From Candidatus Magasanikiibacteriota bacterium (lineage in GTDB: Bacteria > Patescibacteriota > Patescibacteriia > Magasanikbacterales > UBA922), in the NCBI GenBank assembly GCA_003482855.1, contig DMXO01000002.1, forward strand, positions 210,635 to 274,634: 64,000 nucleotides of DNA, read 5' to 3'. The position numbers and the translations under genes are program-made. The notes below the pieces were generated by a model. That model searched no databases. It saw only the letters and a program-made list of their open reading frames with translations, and was not told the origin of the DNA. This document shows positions 1 through 10,581 of the stretch, in pieces (position 1 is the stretch's first letter; each line of letters begins with the position of its first letter).

Positions 1-317
1 ATGATACATTAATGGACTACCTCACAGCAAGCTGACGGAATATGAATAAGTAATTTCGAAGCAATCTTTGAGGAATTAAACCCTCTCGTCCCGGCTATCG
101 TCGGAGATTAAGTTATGTTATATGTGTTATATGTCATAAATTTGTATATAAGTATATACTATTATATACAATAATATATATAAGTATAGATTAATATATA
201 CTTATAAAATAGTTATATATTATGAAGCCTTATTTGTATATATTATTATATACAAAAATACCATAATTTTATAAAATAAAATTAATACTGAAAAAGAATA
301 CTCTTTCCAACATCCTA

Positions 318-346
318 TTGACAAAAATAGGTATTTTTGTTAATAT
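318..346 (+). promoter_or_regulatory. sigma70-type promoter overlapped by an inverted repeat
   Basis: TTGACA (318-323), 17 nt spacer, TAATAT (341-346); arms tattgacaaaaata / tatttttgttaata match 13/14. Confidence 0.7.
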
Positions 347-370
347 TACTCTATACAAATATACCTATCT

Positions 371-685
371 ATGCCTGATCAAAATACACAAATAACAGGA
401 CAGAAACAAAAAGAAATCGTTCGTGTCTCTATATCAGAGGCAGCACGCTTATTTGGTGTCAACCCACAGACAATACGCAGAGCTATCAAAAGCAAAGAAA
501 TAACCTACGTAGTGGTGGCAGGTAGATACAAAATAAACTTCGAAAGCCTGGTCAAATGGTCTCAGGAAAAAACAACTGTAAAAAACAAAACAGAGAAATT
601 TGGTATAGGTCAGTATGTGGATAAATGGAAAATAAAAAACACCCTCTACTCCCCAAGTGTGAAGAGTATAAAAAATAAAGAATAA
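371..685 (+). CDS. helix-turn-helix DNA-binding protein (MerR/excisionase-like HTH_17)
   Basis: SISEAARLFGVNPQTIRRAIK HTH followed by a GRYKI wing. Confidence 0.8.
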   Translation: MPDQNTQITGQKQKEIVRVSISEAARLFGVNPQTIRRAIKSKEITYVVVAGRYKINFESLVKWSQEKTTVKNKTEKFGIGQYVDKWKIKNTLYSPSVKSIKNKE

Positions 686-873
686 GAATGAGATATTGAG
701 ATATTAAAGATATTTTGGATATTAAACAATAAATAATCCGGATACGCCTGCAATAGGCGTTTTATTATAAGTTGGCACATCATCTCCAAAATATCCTAAT
801 ATCAATATCTTTAATATTCAATATCAAAATAATATCTAGCAAATCTAAACGTTCTTGTGTATACTATACACAT

Positions 874-2721
874 ATGCAATTTGTCGAAAAACACCTAACA
901 AAACACCATCTATTCCATGCCCCTCACAAATGGTTTTTTGCATTTCTTTCATCCCCTATTCACTTTGCCGAATTACATTATAAAAAGAAATACCATCTCA
1001 AATTTGTCCACGCAAAAAAATTATTTGTATTTGACATGCTCTTGCTTCTATCTACAGTAGCTATTTTTATAAGCGCTATATTTTGGTGGGCATACGACCC
1101 AACACTCACTGATCTTATTTATATTACTATTGAACCCACCAAATCTCGTATCATCAGCGGTGAGCAGGTCGGATATCGTATTGTATACAAAAATGAAAGT
1201 GACGTAGGACTTTTTGGTACCACGCTTACGCTTGCCACTCCAGAAGGTTTTGTAGAGACTCAGGTAGTACCTTTTTCATCATATTATGCTACTGCAAAGA
1301 CATTTTCTATCAATGAGCTCAAACCACAAGAGTGGGGTGAAATATATATAGAAGGAATGTTATATGGAACTCCACACAAAGAAACACCTTTGCAAGCAAT
1401 ACTTGAATACACCCAAGAAGGTAGACAAAAGAAAGAACGCAAGATTAGCCCTCATGTAACCATTGTACGTGGTTCACTACTCAAGACAACTATTGATGCA
1501 TCTACGTCTGCACTCAATGACTCAACTACCCCACTTCATATTACACTTACCAACACAGGAGAAGTTGATTTTCCTCTTGTGTCTGTACCCATTCCTTTAC
1601 CACAAGGACTTACTCTAAAAAATCCTCGCGTTGATTTTGGTAAAATAAAAGAAAATCTATGGGACATCGGCACATTAGTGCCTGGCCAAACAGCCACGCT
1701 TGATGCAATGATAGATATACACAATCCTCAAACTCAAGAAATTATTCTCGAAATCACTCCCCAAATATCATTGACTCCTGGACAAAGCATCCTTCAAGAA
1801 ACTCAGAAACATACGCTAACTATCGTATACCCGCACTTATCTGTCTCATCCTCATGGAGCGACAATAGACAATCGTCTAGGCCAGGAGAGACTCCTCAGC
1901 TTATCTACACATTATATAATGACAGTAATACCACACTATCAGATATCGAACTGCACGTGCCTCTCACCGCAGGAGTCGTACATACGAATCAGTTTGGTAC
2001 ACTCAATAAATCGCTTGTGACAAATGGCACAGGTATACTCACAAAAAATAACATACCAGAATTATCATTGCTTATCCCTGGTCAACGCGTGACTGTCCCT
2101 CTATATGTACCCATAGTACAAACACCACAGAATGGCACAGACATCATTCTCAACCTCACGCCAGAAATATATGCCCATGTATCAGGAGTAGAACATGCTA
2201 CATACACCACACAGACACAATCTCCCAAGCTTGCTATTGGTACACAAATACTACTGAACTCTCAATTACGATACTATACCAACGAAGGAGACCAGCTCGG
2301 TCGTGGTCCATTGCCCCCACAAGTAGGCAAAGAAACAAAATACTGGGCCATGATACAAATGACCAATACCACAAGCCGTATAGAAAACCTCATGTTCAAA
2401 GCACAGCTTCCTTCATATGCCACATGGACTGGCAAGACAAGCGTCACACACGGCAGCGATGTTTCATACAATCCACAGACACGACAGATTTCGTGGTCTC
2501 TTTCTAATTTAGGAGCGCATACAACTGCGGGTATTTATTTCGAGTTAGCATTCACACCAATAGAATCCCAGCAAAACACTTCGCCTGTCTTACTACAAAA
2601 CATAAGTTTAAATGCACAAGACGGCTATATCCAAGTGCCCATATACAAGACTTCAAACAATCTAGATATCTCTATCCCAGCTGATACTATTGGGAAAGAA
2701 AAAGGTACAGTAGTAGAATAA
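874..2721 (+). CDS. membrane-anchored surface protein with repeated beta-sandwich (DUF11/Ig-like) domains
   Basis: ATG at 874 preferred over TTG at 772; single TM helix; repeated ITLTNTG/YTLYN..S Ig-like motifs; LGRGPLPPQVG motif. Confidence 0.65.
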   Translation: MQFVEKHLTKHHLFHAPHKWFFAFLSSPIHFAELHYKKKYHLKFVHAKKLFVFDMLLLLSTVAIFISAIFWWAYDPTLTDLIYITIEPTKSRIISGEQVGYRIVYKNESDVGLFGTTLTLATPEGFVETQVVPFSSYYATAKTFSINELKPQEWGEIYIEGMLYGTPHKETPLQAILEYTQEGRQKKERKISPHVTIVRGSLLKTTIDASTSALNDSTTPLHITLTNTGEVDFPLVSVPIPLPQGLTLKNPRVDFGKIKENLWDIGTLVPGQTATLDAMIDIHNPQTQEIILEITPQISLTPGQSILQETQKHTLTIVYPHLSVSSSWSDNRQSSRPGETPQLIYTLYNDSNTTLSDIELHVPLTAGVVHTNQFGTLNKSLVTNGTGILTKNNIPELSLLIPGQRVTVPLYVPIVQTPQNGTDIILNLTPEIYAHVSGVEHATYTTQTQSPKLAIGTQILLNSQLRYYTNEGDQLGRGPLPPQVGKETKYWAMIQMTNTTSRIENLMFKAQLPSYATWTGKTSVTHGSDVSYNPQTRQISWSLSNLGAHTTAGIYFELAFTPIESQQNTSPVLLQNISLNAQDGYIQVPIYKTSNNLDISIPADTIGKEKGTVVE

Positions 2722-2845
2722 ATAATACATCACACATAACTCAGAAAACATAACATTTTTGTAATAGTTAAAATATACAAACAATGAGTTATGTTATCTG
2801 GGTGGTAAGTCATGAAAAAGTGCTAAAATTAGCTCTTTTTTATAT

Positions 2846-2854
2846 TGTGGATAA
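2846..2854 (-). promoter_or_regulatory. consensus DnaA box
   Basis: TGTGGATAA (reverse complement TTATCCACA); single copy, function uncertain. Confidence 0.35.
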
Positions 2855-2890
2855 CTTTATTTCTCGTACTACAAAAATTGCCTGCAAACC

Positions 2891-2919
2891 TTGACAAAAT
2901 AGCTAAATTATGCTATAAT
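2891..2919 (+). promoter_or_regulatory. consensus sigma70 promoter with extended -10
   Basis: TTGACA, 17 nt spacer ending TGc, TATAAT. Confidence 0.85.
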
Positions 2920-2963
2920 TGTCTGTTATTTTAAGATACCTTACATAGGTACGAATATCACAT

Positions 2964-4145
2964 ATGCGTATAGCATTCATTGGACAAAAAGGAATACCAG
3001 CAACCTACGGTGGCGTAGAACAACACGTACATGATCTTGCAATATCTCTTGCTCAAAAAGGCCACGACGTAACTGCATACAGCCGTGCCTGGTACACCAA
3101 ATCAAAAGCACCTACACACAAAGGTGTGTCTCTTGTGTATACTCCTTCTATCCATACCAAACATTTGGATGCTATTTCACATACATTCACATCTACTCTA
3201 CATGCAATATTCAAAAAATATGATGTGATCCATTATCACGGTGTTGGGCCATCACTTCTCTCATGGATCCCACGCCTACTTTCTCCACGTACAAAAGTAA
3301 TAACCACATTCCACTCTATTGATAGATACCACAAAAAATGGAATAGCATTGCAAAATTCTTTTTGCGTATTGGTGAATATACCGCATGTACATTTGCACA
3401 CAAGACTATTACTGTGTCACAAGGACTCAGGAATTATTGTATCAATGAATTCAATAAACATACTGCGTATATACCAAACGGTGTACATACAGAATATGAT
3501 ACAAGTACGGGTGATCTCATTTCACCATTTGGACTCACAAGAAAAAACTATATTGTCATGGTGTCTCGACTTGTTCCGCACAAAGGAGCACACCTCTTGA
3601 TTGAAGCATTCCACAATCTCAAAGCACGACATGCAGACGATCCATACATCACAAATCTAAAACTTGCGATAGTCGGTGGATCTGCATACACTGATGATTA
3701 TGTCCGTCATCTGCATATACAAGCAAGCAATGTCAACGACATCATATTTACCGACTTCCAATCTGGTGATACACTGCGTGAGCTCTATCGCCATGCTCTA
3801 GCGCTCGTACACCCATCACTCAATGAAGGATTGCCTATCACGGTGCTCCAAGCAATGAGCCACAATACACCCGTACTCGTATCTACTATTCCTGAACACA
3901 TGGAAATTATCAGCGACCCTCGTGCGCTATTTAGAGAGAATGACGTTGACTCTATTGTGCAGTGTATATATGACTTCATTAATTTGCCTCGGGAAGAAAA
4001 AGAAAAGATGATAAAAGAAAACATGCAGACACTGCACGAACGATATAGCTGGGATATCGTAGTACCTCAAATTGAAAAAGTGTATAAACAAAAAACCAAA
4101 CGACAACAAAAGTATACGCAGAGTTTGAGTGAACTACCAGCGTAA
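2964..4145 (+). CDS. glycosyltransferase family 4 (GT-B)
   Basis: MRIAFIGQKGIPATYGGVE N-terminus; PSLNEGLPITVLQAM nucleotide-sugar motif. Confidence 0.9.
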   Translation: MRIAFIGQKGIPATYGGVEQHVHDLAISLAQKGHDVTAYSRAWYTKSKAPTHKGVSLVYTPSIHTKHLDAISHTFTSTLHAIFKKYDVIHYHGVGPSLLSWIPRLLSPRTKVITTFHSIDRYHKKWNSIAKFFLRIGEYTACTFAHKTITVSQGLRNYCINEFNKHTAYIPNGVHTEYDTSTGDLISPFGLTRKNYIVMVSRLVPHKGAHLLIEAFHNLKARHADDPYITNLKLAIVGGSAYTDDYVRHLHIQASNVNDIIFTDFQSGDTLRELYRHALALVHPSLNEGLPITVLQAMSHNTPVLVSTIPEHMEIISDPRALFRENDVDSIVQCIYDFINLPREEKEKMIKENMQTLHERYSWDIVVPQIEKVYKQKTKRQQKYTQSLSELPA

Positions 4146-4160
4146 AAAATCTAAAAACAT

Positions 4161-4190
4161 AAAAACCATCCTTATAAAAGGGTGGTTTTT
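4161..4190 (+). terminator. intrinsic terminator, probably bidirectional
   Basis: aaaaaccatcc-loop-gggtggttttt between convergent genes. Confidence 0.75.
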
Positions 4191-4223
4191 GTTTTGTTTA
4201 CTATAACACAGAGTAATATCATT

Positions 4224-4340
4224 GGGGGTTCGGGGTGGCTACTGTTTGAGCGTCACTGCAAATAAGATGGTATATAATTCTTTGGTATAGCGAGTTTAGC
4301 CACCCCGACACTTTTTGTTACTTTTTGGTGACAAAAAGTA
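4224..4340. repeat. REP/MITE-like palindromic element
   Basis: 12-bp inverted repeat tcggggtggcta (4230-4241) / tagccaccccga (4297-4308), then hairpin actttttgttac..gtgacaaaaagt. Confidence 0.55.
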
Positions 4341-4396
4341 AGCAAGAGGGTGATCACATAAAATACCAATATCCTAATATCCAATATCTTAATATT

Positions 4397-6394
4397 TTAA
4401 AAAGCTCCTTCACTCATCCCTATAATATCATCCTTTCCATCAAAATCCACGTCCACTGCCCTCACATCTATTCCTGGATTACCAAAACTGCTATATGCAG
4501 TAAATGCACTATATTTTTCTTTGCCAGACGCATCAAATATCTTGATAATCGGCGCGCCACCTTTGCCTTTGCCAATAATAACTTCATCTACCCCATCTCC
4601 GTCTACATCTCCTGCCGCGATATGCACGCCACCATAAAATGTAGATTCAAATGCGTTGAAATGATGTTGTTGTTCAAAACTATAATTATATATAGATACA
4701 GACGATCCACCGCTCAGGGCTCCGACAAACAAATAATTGCGTCGCGATATACCTCCATTGTCTATATCCCCCACTGCCAAACTATAACCCCCGTTATATT
4801 GTTCACCAAATGGATAAAAATCATGGCGTACTTTGCGTCCATGACGTGAATATACGCGAATCGGCTCTTTGTATCCTTCGCTTGGTGCTACATACAATTC
4901 AAGATTTTGATCACCATCCAGATCCCCGAGAGCTACATGAAGTGATCCTTCATATTGCGCACCGTACGGATATACATTCATATAGAGCTGTCCATCATCA
5001 CGCCATACTTGTATGCGGTTATGCTTGACAACAATCAATTCACGCTTACCATTGGCATCGAGATCTGTATGCGCGACCTGATAGCCACCTTTTTGTCCAT
5101 CTTCAAATACAAAAAAACCGTTACGCACACGAGAGCTGTCTGGTCTAAAAAATCGTAAAAATGATCCATTGGTAAATAGTACATCGCTCAATGTCTCAAA
5201 TGTTTTGAGCAGTATAAGTCCATCTTTGCCGGGTACCATAACTTCAGACACAATTGACCCGTCATTTATACCTTCATCTTGAGTGCCATGAATTTTTTCA
5301 TATTCACCACCAAGATCCAAAACTTTTGCCTGATTTGTGCTGTTGACAATAGACACGCCATGTTCAAAATTGCGTTTCCATACATCTTCTTTGTATGTCG
5401 TATATGATTGCTGCGATGTGGCAGGAGCTATTGGTTCACCCAAATCTACATCATATTCATCATACCACCATGTCTGGCCATGATCTGTGTCACCATGGTC
5501 GAAGGAAAAATAAATATTATTTTCAAGCAAACTACTTGTAATGCCAAAGCGCATTTTTTTGTAATCATCATTATTTCCATTATTATTGGTATTACTATTG
5601 AAAATGATAATCTGCGGTTTTTTATTATCTTTTTTGATGCGTACTACATTATTCATAATGGTAGACCATGAGCCATCCCCTTCCCATGGTGTAGGAAATG
5701 TCTCAAACATGCGACCATTCACATACTGCTGAAAATCTGTGTGAGAACTACCATTCATAATAATATAATCAGTGTTCAAGTGGTCCTGCGCATATTTGAG
5801 TAAATATTGTGTACGTTCACGCCAGAGAGGGTCTGCCTCAGATGGAATATCCTTTTGCCCGTCATTATTGAGATCTATATTCCCCCCATTTGCCCATGAA
5901 ATATTTTCTGATATCATATCAAAAAATATCCCGTCTACATGCGACAAAGACATAATATAGGTATTGCAAAATTCAACAAGATATTTACTCCACGCATGAT
6001 CCATATTTATGTTATAAATACCATCCCACGTAGACACTTGTCTACCAGACGAATCACGAAGCCACCACGTATTGTCCACATTCATATGTCTAAATACGTT
6101 ATCTGAAGACCAATACGTATAGTTATAACTTTGTGAAGGAATATATGCCAATATAATAATATCTGGATTTTGTTTCTTGATAGAATCTATGGTAGATTGT
6201 CGCGCTGCTATTTGAGCAGGCGTGAGTATGAGCACATCATAACGAGCAAAATCGGCTGCGTTACCATCAGAAATCGCATTGAGATAATAATTGGCAATAT
6301 AAGGAGCATCCTGTGTATATACAAAACTACCAGCAAAGAAGCTAGCCATGATAATTATCGCAATAATAGTTTTTGCACTACACAAAATTTTCAT
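4397..6394 (-). CDS. secreted putative glycoside hydrolase (GHL15/GH114-like TIM barrel) with C-terminal FG-GAP repeats
   Basis: signal/TM segment; VDGIFFD motif; WWYDEYDVDLG; repeated GDLDGDG/GDVDGDG motifs; start 6394 preferred to limit overlap. Confidence 0.7.
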   Translation of the reverse strand: MKILCSAKTIIAIIIMASFFAGSFVYTQDAPYIANYYLNAISDGNAADFARYDVLILTPAQIAARQSTIDSIKKQNPDIIILAYIPSQSYNYTYWSSDNVFRHMNVDNTWWLRDSSGRQVSTWDGIYNINMDHAWSKYLVEFCNTYIMSLSHVDGIFFDMISENISWANGGNIDLNNDGQKDIPSEADPLWRERTQYLLKYAQDHLNTDYIIMNGSSHTDFQQYVNGRMFETFPTPWEGDGSWSTIMNNVVRIKKDNKKPQIIIFNSNTNNNGNNDDYKKMRFGITSSLLENNIYFSFDHGDTDHGQTWWYDEYDVDLGEPIAPATSQQSYTTYKEDVWKRNFEHGVSIVNSTNQAKVLDLGGEYEKIHGTQDEGINDGSIVSEVMVPGKDGLILLKTFETLSDVLFTNGSFLRFFRPDSSRVRNGFFVFEDGQKGGYQVAHTDLDANGKRELIVVKHNRIQVWRDDGQLYMNVYPYGAQYEGSLHVALGDLDGDQNLELYVAPSEGYKEPIRVYSRHGRKVRHDFYPFGEQYNGGYSLAVGDIDNGGISRRNYLFVGALSGGSSVSIYNYSFEQQHHFNAFESTFYGGVHIAAGDVDGDGVDEVIIGKGKGGAPIIKIFDASGKEKYSAFTAYSSFGNPGIDVRAVDVDFDGKDDIIGMSEGAF

Positions 6395-7559
6395 AGATAG
6401 ATACCAATTGTGTATAATATGCCTCTCCATTATTTTGTTCTTGCACTTGTGTCTGAAGATCTCTGCCAACTTTCACAAGTTCACGATCATCTGCGTTGTA
6501 CCACATCTCAATAGTCTGAGAAAATTCGTCTACATTTGCGGGATCACATAGCATATGTTGTGGTAACATTTCTACCACTCCTCCAATTCGTGAAGCAACC
6601 ACTGGCTTGCCATACGCTTTTGCTTCGAGAATGCTCAGGGGATAATTTTCATACCACTGCGAAGGCACGACAACCACACGCGCATTACACATAATTGTAT
6701 CCAATTCTTTGCCTGATGTATATCCAACATATACTATATTGGGGATAGCCAAATCTTCTAGTTGTTTTTTCAAAGGGCCATCTCCCACGACCGTGTATGT
6801 GATATGTGGTGTCTTTTTTGCGATTTCGGGAAGCAAAAGTACACCTTTCTCTTGACCCAATCTGCCAATATATAGCACCCCACGTCCTGGTACTACGCCG
6901 ACTTCTTGTGGATTAAAATCAAATGGATTATGTATAACATGTATGTCGCGTTCAAACCCGCATGATACAAATTTTTCTTTCAAAAAATTACTCGGACTAA
7001 TATATGTATCTATCGCACGTGCCCACTTCTTCCATGCCCTCACACAAGCTTCACCTGTGGCAATAATACTTTCACCACCATGTTCCATACAATTATTGAG
7101 CAAACATCGATAATAATGTGACCCACAACAACTTTCATCGATTTTACCGTGATGAAACAAATTATAATTAGGACTTATCATCTTGTAATCATGCAATGTC
7201 ATAACGCATGGGATACCTTTTTCTTGTACAACGTCGAGCAAAGAAAAAGAAAGCTGATGATATATATTATGAATATGTATAACCTCAGGTCCAAAATCTT
7301 CAACCAATTTCCTAAACTTATTTTTTGCGTCTACATTATATATAGATTTCAATGCATCTCGCACCCTACCAAGGCCTCTCACCTGTGAGTAATCTATGAA
7401 GTCAATAAAATAATCATTCTCAATAGTATTTTCAGGATGTTTCATGCCAAAAATTTGAACCTCATGGCCATGTTCCTCAAGCAATTTCTTTGTAGCAAAA
7501 ACAACGCGCTCTGCCCCGCCACGGATGTACCAATATTTGTTGACGAGTAAAACCTTCAT
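6378..7559 (-). CDS. glycosyltransferase family 4
   Basis: RGGAE start motif; PSQWYENYPLSILEA; GKPVVASRIGG. Confidence 0.9.
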   Translation of the reverse strand: MKVLLVNKYWYIRGGAERVVFATKKLLEEHGHEVQIFGMKHPENTIENDYFIDFIDYSQVRGLGRVRDALKSIYNVDAKNKFRKLVEDFGPEVIHIHNIYHQLSFSLLDVVQEKGIPCVMTLHDYKMISPNYNLFHHGKIDESCCGSHYYRCLLNNCMEHGGESIIATGEACVRAWKKWARAIDTYISPSNFLKEKFVSCGFERDIHVIHNPFDFNPQEVGVVPGRGVLYIGRLGQEKGVLLLPEIAKKTPHITYTVVGDGPLKKQLEDLAIPNIVYVGYTSGKELDTIMCNARVVVVPSQWYENYPLSILEAKAYGKPVVASRIGGVVEMLPQHMLCDPANVDEFSQTIEMWYNADDRELVKVGRDLQTQVQEQNNGEAYYTQLVSIYENFV

Positions 7560-8560
7560 AAATCCCTCATCCCCCCAACCTTATTTTTCACTATCCAACA
7601 TGCAACTTTGTGTGGATTTTTCTTGATTGCCGTACGCGCGGTACATATCATCCATGCAGGCCGTCCAATCGTACGCACTTTCTCTCGTGCATCATCTGCA
7701 CGCGGTCCATACCACAGATCATCCCACGTACCATAATTTTGAATATTTCCCATGGGGTAATTGTGCACCACAGACGGATACACAACACCACGCGGATCAA
7801 GATAAAAAAACTTAGTCCCCGGGTCATTATTCAAAACTTGTTTTTTCTCTATGCTAAATTTGTATAGTCCGTGCGAAAAAAATGCCCGCACCCATTTTTT
7901 GGGATGCCATGACGAAAGCTCGCTATTGATGATATGCAAATATTGTTTTTTGAGTTCATTCAGATCTGGTTTATTATCATCATTATTTGCTCCACCAAAA
8001 TAATGTTCAGAGGTCTGAGCAAATGCATGAGTAAATTGAATTCCCCTCTTTTGTGTTTCATCATAGACACGACCAAAATCTTGTATGTTTTGCGGTAGTA
8101 TGGTGAATGCCATACGCAAATTTTTCATACCCAATTTTTGCAATCGTTCTATAGTCTCTGTCACTTTGTCCCAAGCTTGAGGGATGCGTCGTATCTTTTC
8201 GTGCATATCCCCATATCCATCTACTGACACCGCCACACCGATATCTGGCTTCACTTTCAAAACATCTTTCATCTGCTTTTCGATAAACGCGGGCATGAAG
8301 CCGTTGGTAGAGATAACCATACGCGCTTTGGGAGCAGCCTTTTGTGCTGTCGCAATAATATCTGCAATATCTTTGCGCAAAAATGGCTCGCCACCAGAAA
8401 TGTTGATATCACGTAATGTGGGTGGAAGCTTTTTGTATTCTTCGACTGGTAACTCAGGAAATTCTTTAATTTTCCAAATATCACACATCACACAGCGAGC
8501 ATTACAGTTGTACGTGATGCCGAGGACGCAGTCGATGGGGAGTTGAACTTTGGACGACAT
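7556..8560 (-). CDS. radical SAM protein (SPASM/twitch-like C-terminus)
   Basis: CNARCVMC (CxxxCxxC); SGGEPFLR; VSVDG. Confidence 0.85.
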   Translation of the reverse strand: MSSKVQLPIDCVLGITYNCNARCVMCDIWKIKEFPELPVEEYKKLPPTLRDINISGGEPFLRKDIADIIATAQKAAPKARMVISTNGFMPAFIEKQMKDVLKVKPDIGVAVSVDGYGDMHEKIRRIPQAWDKVTETIERLQKLGMKNLRMAFTILPQNIQDFGRVYDETQKRGIQFTHAFAQTSEHYFGGANNDDNKPDLNELKKQYLHIINSELSSWHPKKWVRAFFSHGLYKFSIEKKQVLNNDPGTKFFYLDPRGVVYPSVVHNYPMGNIQNYGTWDDLWYGPRADDAREKVRTIGRPAWMICTARTAIKKNPHKVACWIVKNKVGGMRDL

Positions 8561-8633
8561 AACAAATATTAAGATATTAAGATATTAAGATATTGTGTAA
8601 CATAATATCTTAATATCACAATTTCTCAGTTTC

Positions 8634-10127
8634 CTATTCCCCTTCCAATATATTCCCCTTATGCTTTTCTCTATACCAACAAAGTGCGACGATCCCTACA
8701 ATTGTCCAATAATAAAACATAAGTGTACGGAATTCAAAATACGGGCCAAAAAAACCAATACACATTACCCCTGCAGTCAGACCAACAAGCCCTTCGGCAA
8801 TGACATGTTCAAACACGTCGTGTACACTCTTGCGAACTACACAGGCCATGCGCATGATAGTAACAAATATACCAAACCACACGATGAGTCCTATCGTACC
8901 AAACTCTCCCCATATGCTCATCCAATTATTATCAATCTGTCCATATAGATTCTGAATGCCAAACGGCATATGCAGACGGTCATACATATCGGTATGCAGT
9001 AGTGCAGCTGCGACACCTCCGCCGTACTGTCCTGGTCCCACGCCAAATAATGGATACTGTGATACGACCAAACGAGGCGTATTGATAATAAAAAATATGC
9101 GCCCATATCCATCATAGCTATCACGCCACGCTTGAAAACTAAAAGCTTCAAACACACGCTCGCCAAATGATTGTGTCGGTTTCTCAGTCACTGATGTGAC
9201 ATTGGTCTTCACTAATGCAAACCCGACCAAATATATGAGTACGATACTTACAAAAATTCCAAGCCCGACTGCCACGCGTCTATCGCGTCGTAATGCAAGT
9301 CCTATGACTGCGATACCTACAAAAGCCGCAATCCAACTCGCGCGTGATGATGTGAGGAAGAGTACCACAAGCCCGGCAAACCCCGCCACCATATACCAAA
9401 TTTTACGAGTAGATTTATCTCGGGTAAAAATCCACGGGAAAAACATCACAAGGCCAAGCGCGACAAAACTCCCGAGTTGATCATATCTTCCCATGGTTGC
9501 AAATACACGGCTTCCTGTTGTCCAAAACTGTTCAAGTCCACCAAGAAGTGCTGCATTGCCTACCATGACCGTACGTGTAGAAAACAAATACTGATCCAGA
9601 TAACCACCTGACACATATTGAATAAGGCCAAATACAATTTCAACCACCATCATGGTACCACCAATCATTACCATGTTTTTCAATATTTCTTTGTCATATT
9701 GGATCCACAGTATGACAAAGAGCATCAATACAAAACGCAGTATCTGTCGCAATCCAAATGCCCATATCCATGGGCTATACCAATTCACAATGAGTGACAA
9801 ACACGCGACAAGGACAAAGCCAATAAACCATGCATTGAGTGGCTGTCGCGGTAATAATTTCTTCTTTCTACGGACAAACGATATCAGACTTCCACCAACC
9901 AAACCATACATGATAACTTCAGGGATATACTTCACATACGCGAAATAATCTATAGGTGTATACATGAGTACTAGACTTTCCAAAGGAAACCAAACAAGGA
10001 GACCATAAATGATCCACTCACTTTTCCTTATGGTAAATGTAAACAAAAAGCCCAAAACAAATATACAACATAACAAAAAAAGACCAATAAAATTGTTCGG
10101 TAAATAAGCTAACATCGTATCAATCAT
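8634..10127 (-). CDS. O-antigen ligase/polymerase-like (Wzy_C) membrane protein
   Basis: many TM helices; TSSRASW; PLFGVGPGQY; DNNW..IWGEFGTIG. Confidence 0.8.
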   Translation of the reverse strand: MIDTMLAYLPNNFIGLFLLCCIFVLGFLFTFTIRKSEWIIYGLLVWFPLESLVLMYTPIDYFAYVKYIPEVIMYGLVGGSLISFVRRKKKLLPRQPLNAWFIGFVLVACLSLIVNWYSPWIWAFGLRQILRFVLMLFVILWIQYDKEILKNMVMIGGTMMVVEIVFGLIQYVSGGYLDQYLFSTRTVMVGNAALLGGLEQFWTTGSRVFATMGRYDQLGSFVALGLVMFFPWIFTRDKSTRKIWYMVAGFAGLVVLFLTSSRASWIAAFVGIAVIGLALRRDRRVAVGLGIFVSIVLIYLVGFALVKTNVTSVTEKPTQSFGERVFEAFSFQAWRDSYDGYGRIFFIINTPRLVVSQYPLFGVGPGQYGGGVAAALLHTDMYDRLHMPFGIQNLYGQIDNNWMSIWGEFGTIGLIVWFGIFVTIMRMACVVRKSVHDVFEHVIAEGLVGLTAGVMCIGFFGPYFEFRTLMFYYWTIVGIVALCWYREKHKGNILEGE

Positions 10128-10203
10128 AGTACCTATATATTATCATATAGTAAGCATTTTTCAAAGATCAAATCTAGACCAGGCACGAGACACTTATTAA
10201 AAC

Positions 10204-10227
10204 AAAAAACTCCATTTTATAGGAGCC
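10204..10227 (-). terminator. intrinsic terminator downstream of the GC-rich gene block
   Basis: minus strand gctcc-tataaaat-ggagt followed by a T run. Confidence 0.5.
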
Positions 10228-10233
10228 ATTTTA

Positions 10234-10341
10234 AATTCACCTAACTGTCCAATTCCCAATTCACCTAATAAAATTCAAATGTATAAATTGAAAATTATAT
10301 TATTGGACATTTTATTAGGTAATTGGAAATTAGGTGAATTA
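10234..10341. repeat. imperfect periodic inverted-repeat array
   Basis: aattcacctaa..ccaattcacctaataaaat versus attttattaggtaattggaaattaggtgaatt. Confidence 0.6.
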
Positions 10342-10581
10342 GAAATTTTTATAGTAACCCTCAACACCTTCATAAACTTTTATAAAAGTGTAGTTGGGTT
10401 GGGATTCGGCGCGCAGTCGAATCCCTTCCCTCCTTTCCGCCTCCCGAGGGAGACGATGCGCCTGGACAGTGCCGCCAGGCTCGGCGTGGTTCACTCCCCG
10501 TGATCAGCTCTGCGCGAGCCGCGGATCATCATGAACGTGAATGTTTTCGACGCGGCGGCGGAGATAGAGGGTCGAGACGAC

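Noticed and set aside
110-300. Replication origin
   Set aside because: AT-rich, but no DnaA-box cluster and no dnaA/dnaN in the window; only isolated boxes at 2846 and 54524
371-685. Excisionase marking an integrated element
   Set aside because: No integrase or att site visible nearby; this HTH family also occurs as stand-alone regulators
772-873. N-terminal extensions in the ORF track (also starts at 6469, 14950, 29830, 33461, 39520, 54516)
   Set aside because: They run through promoters, repeats or upstream genes; downstream ATGs match family N-termini or SD positions
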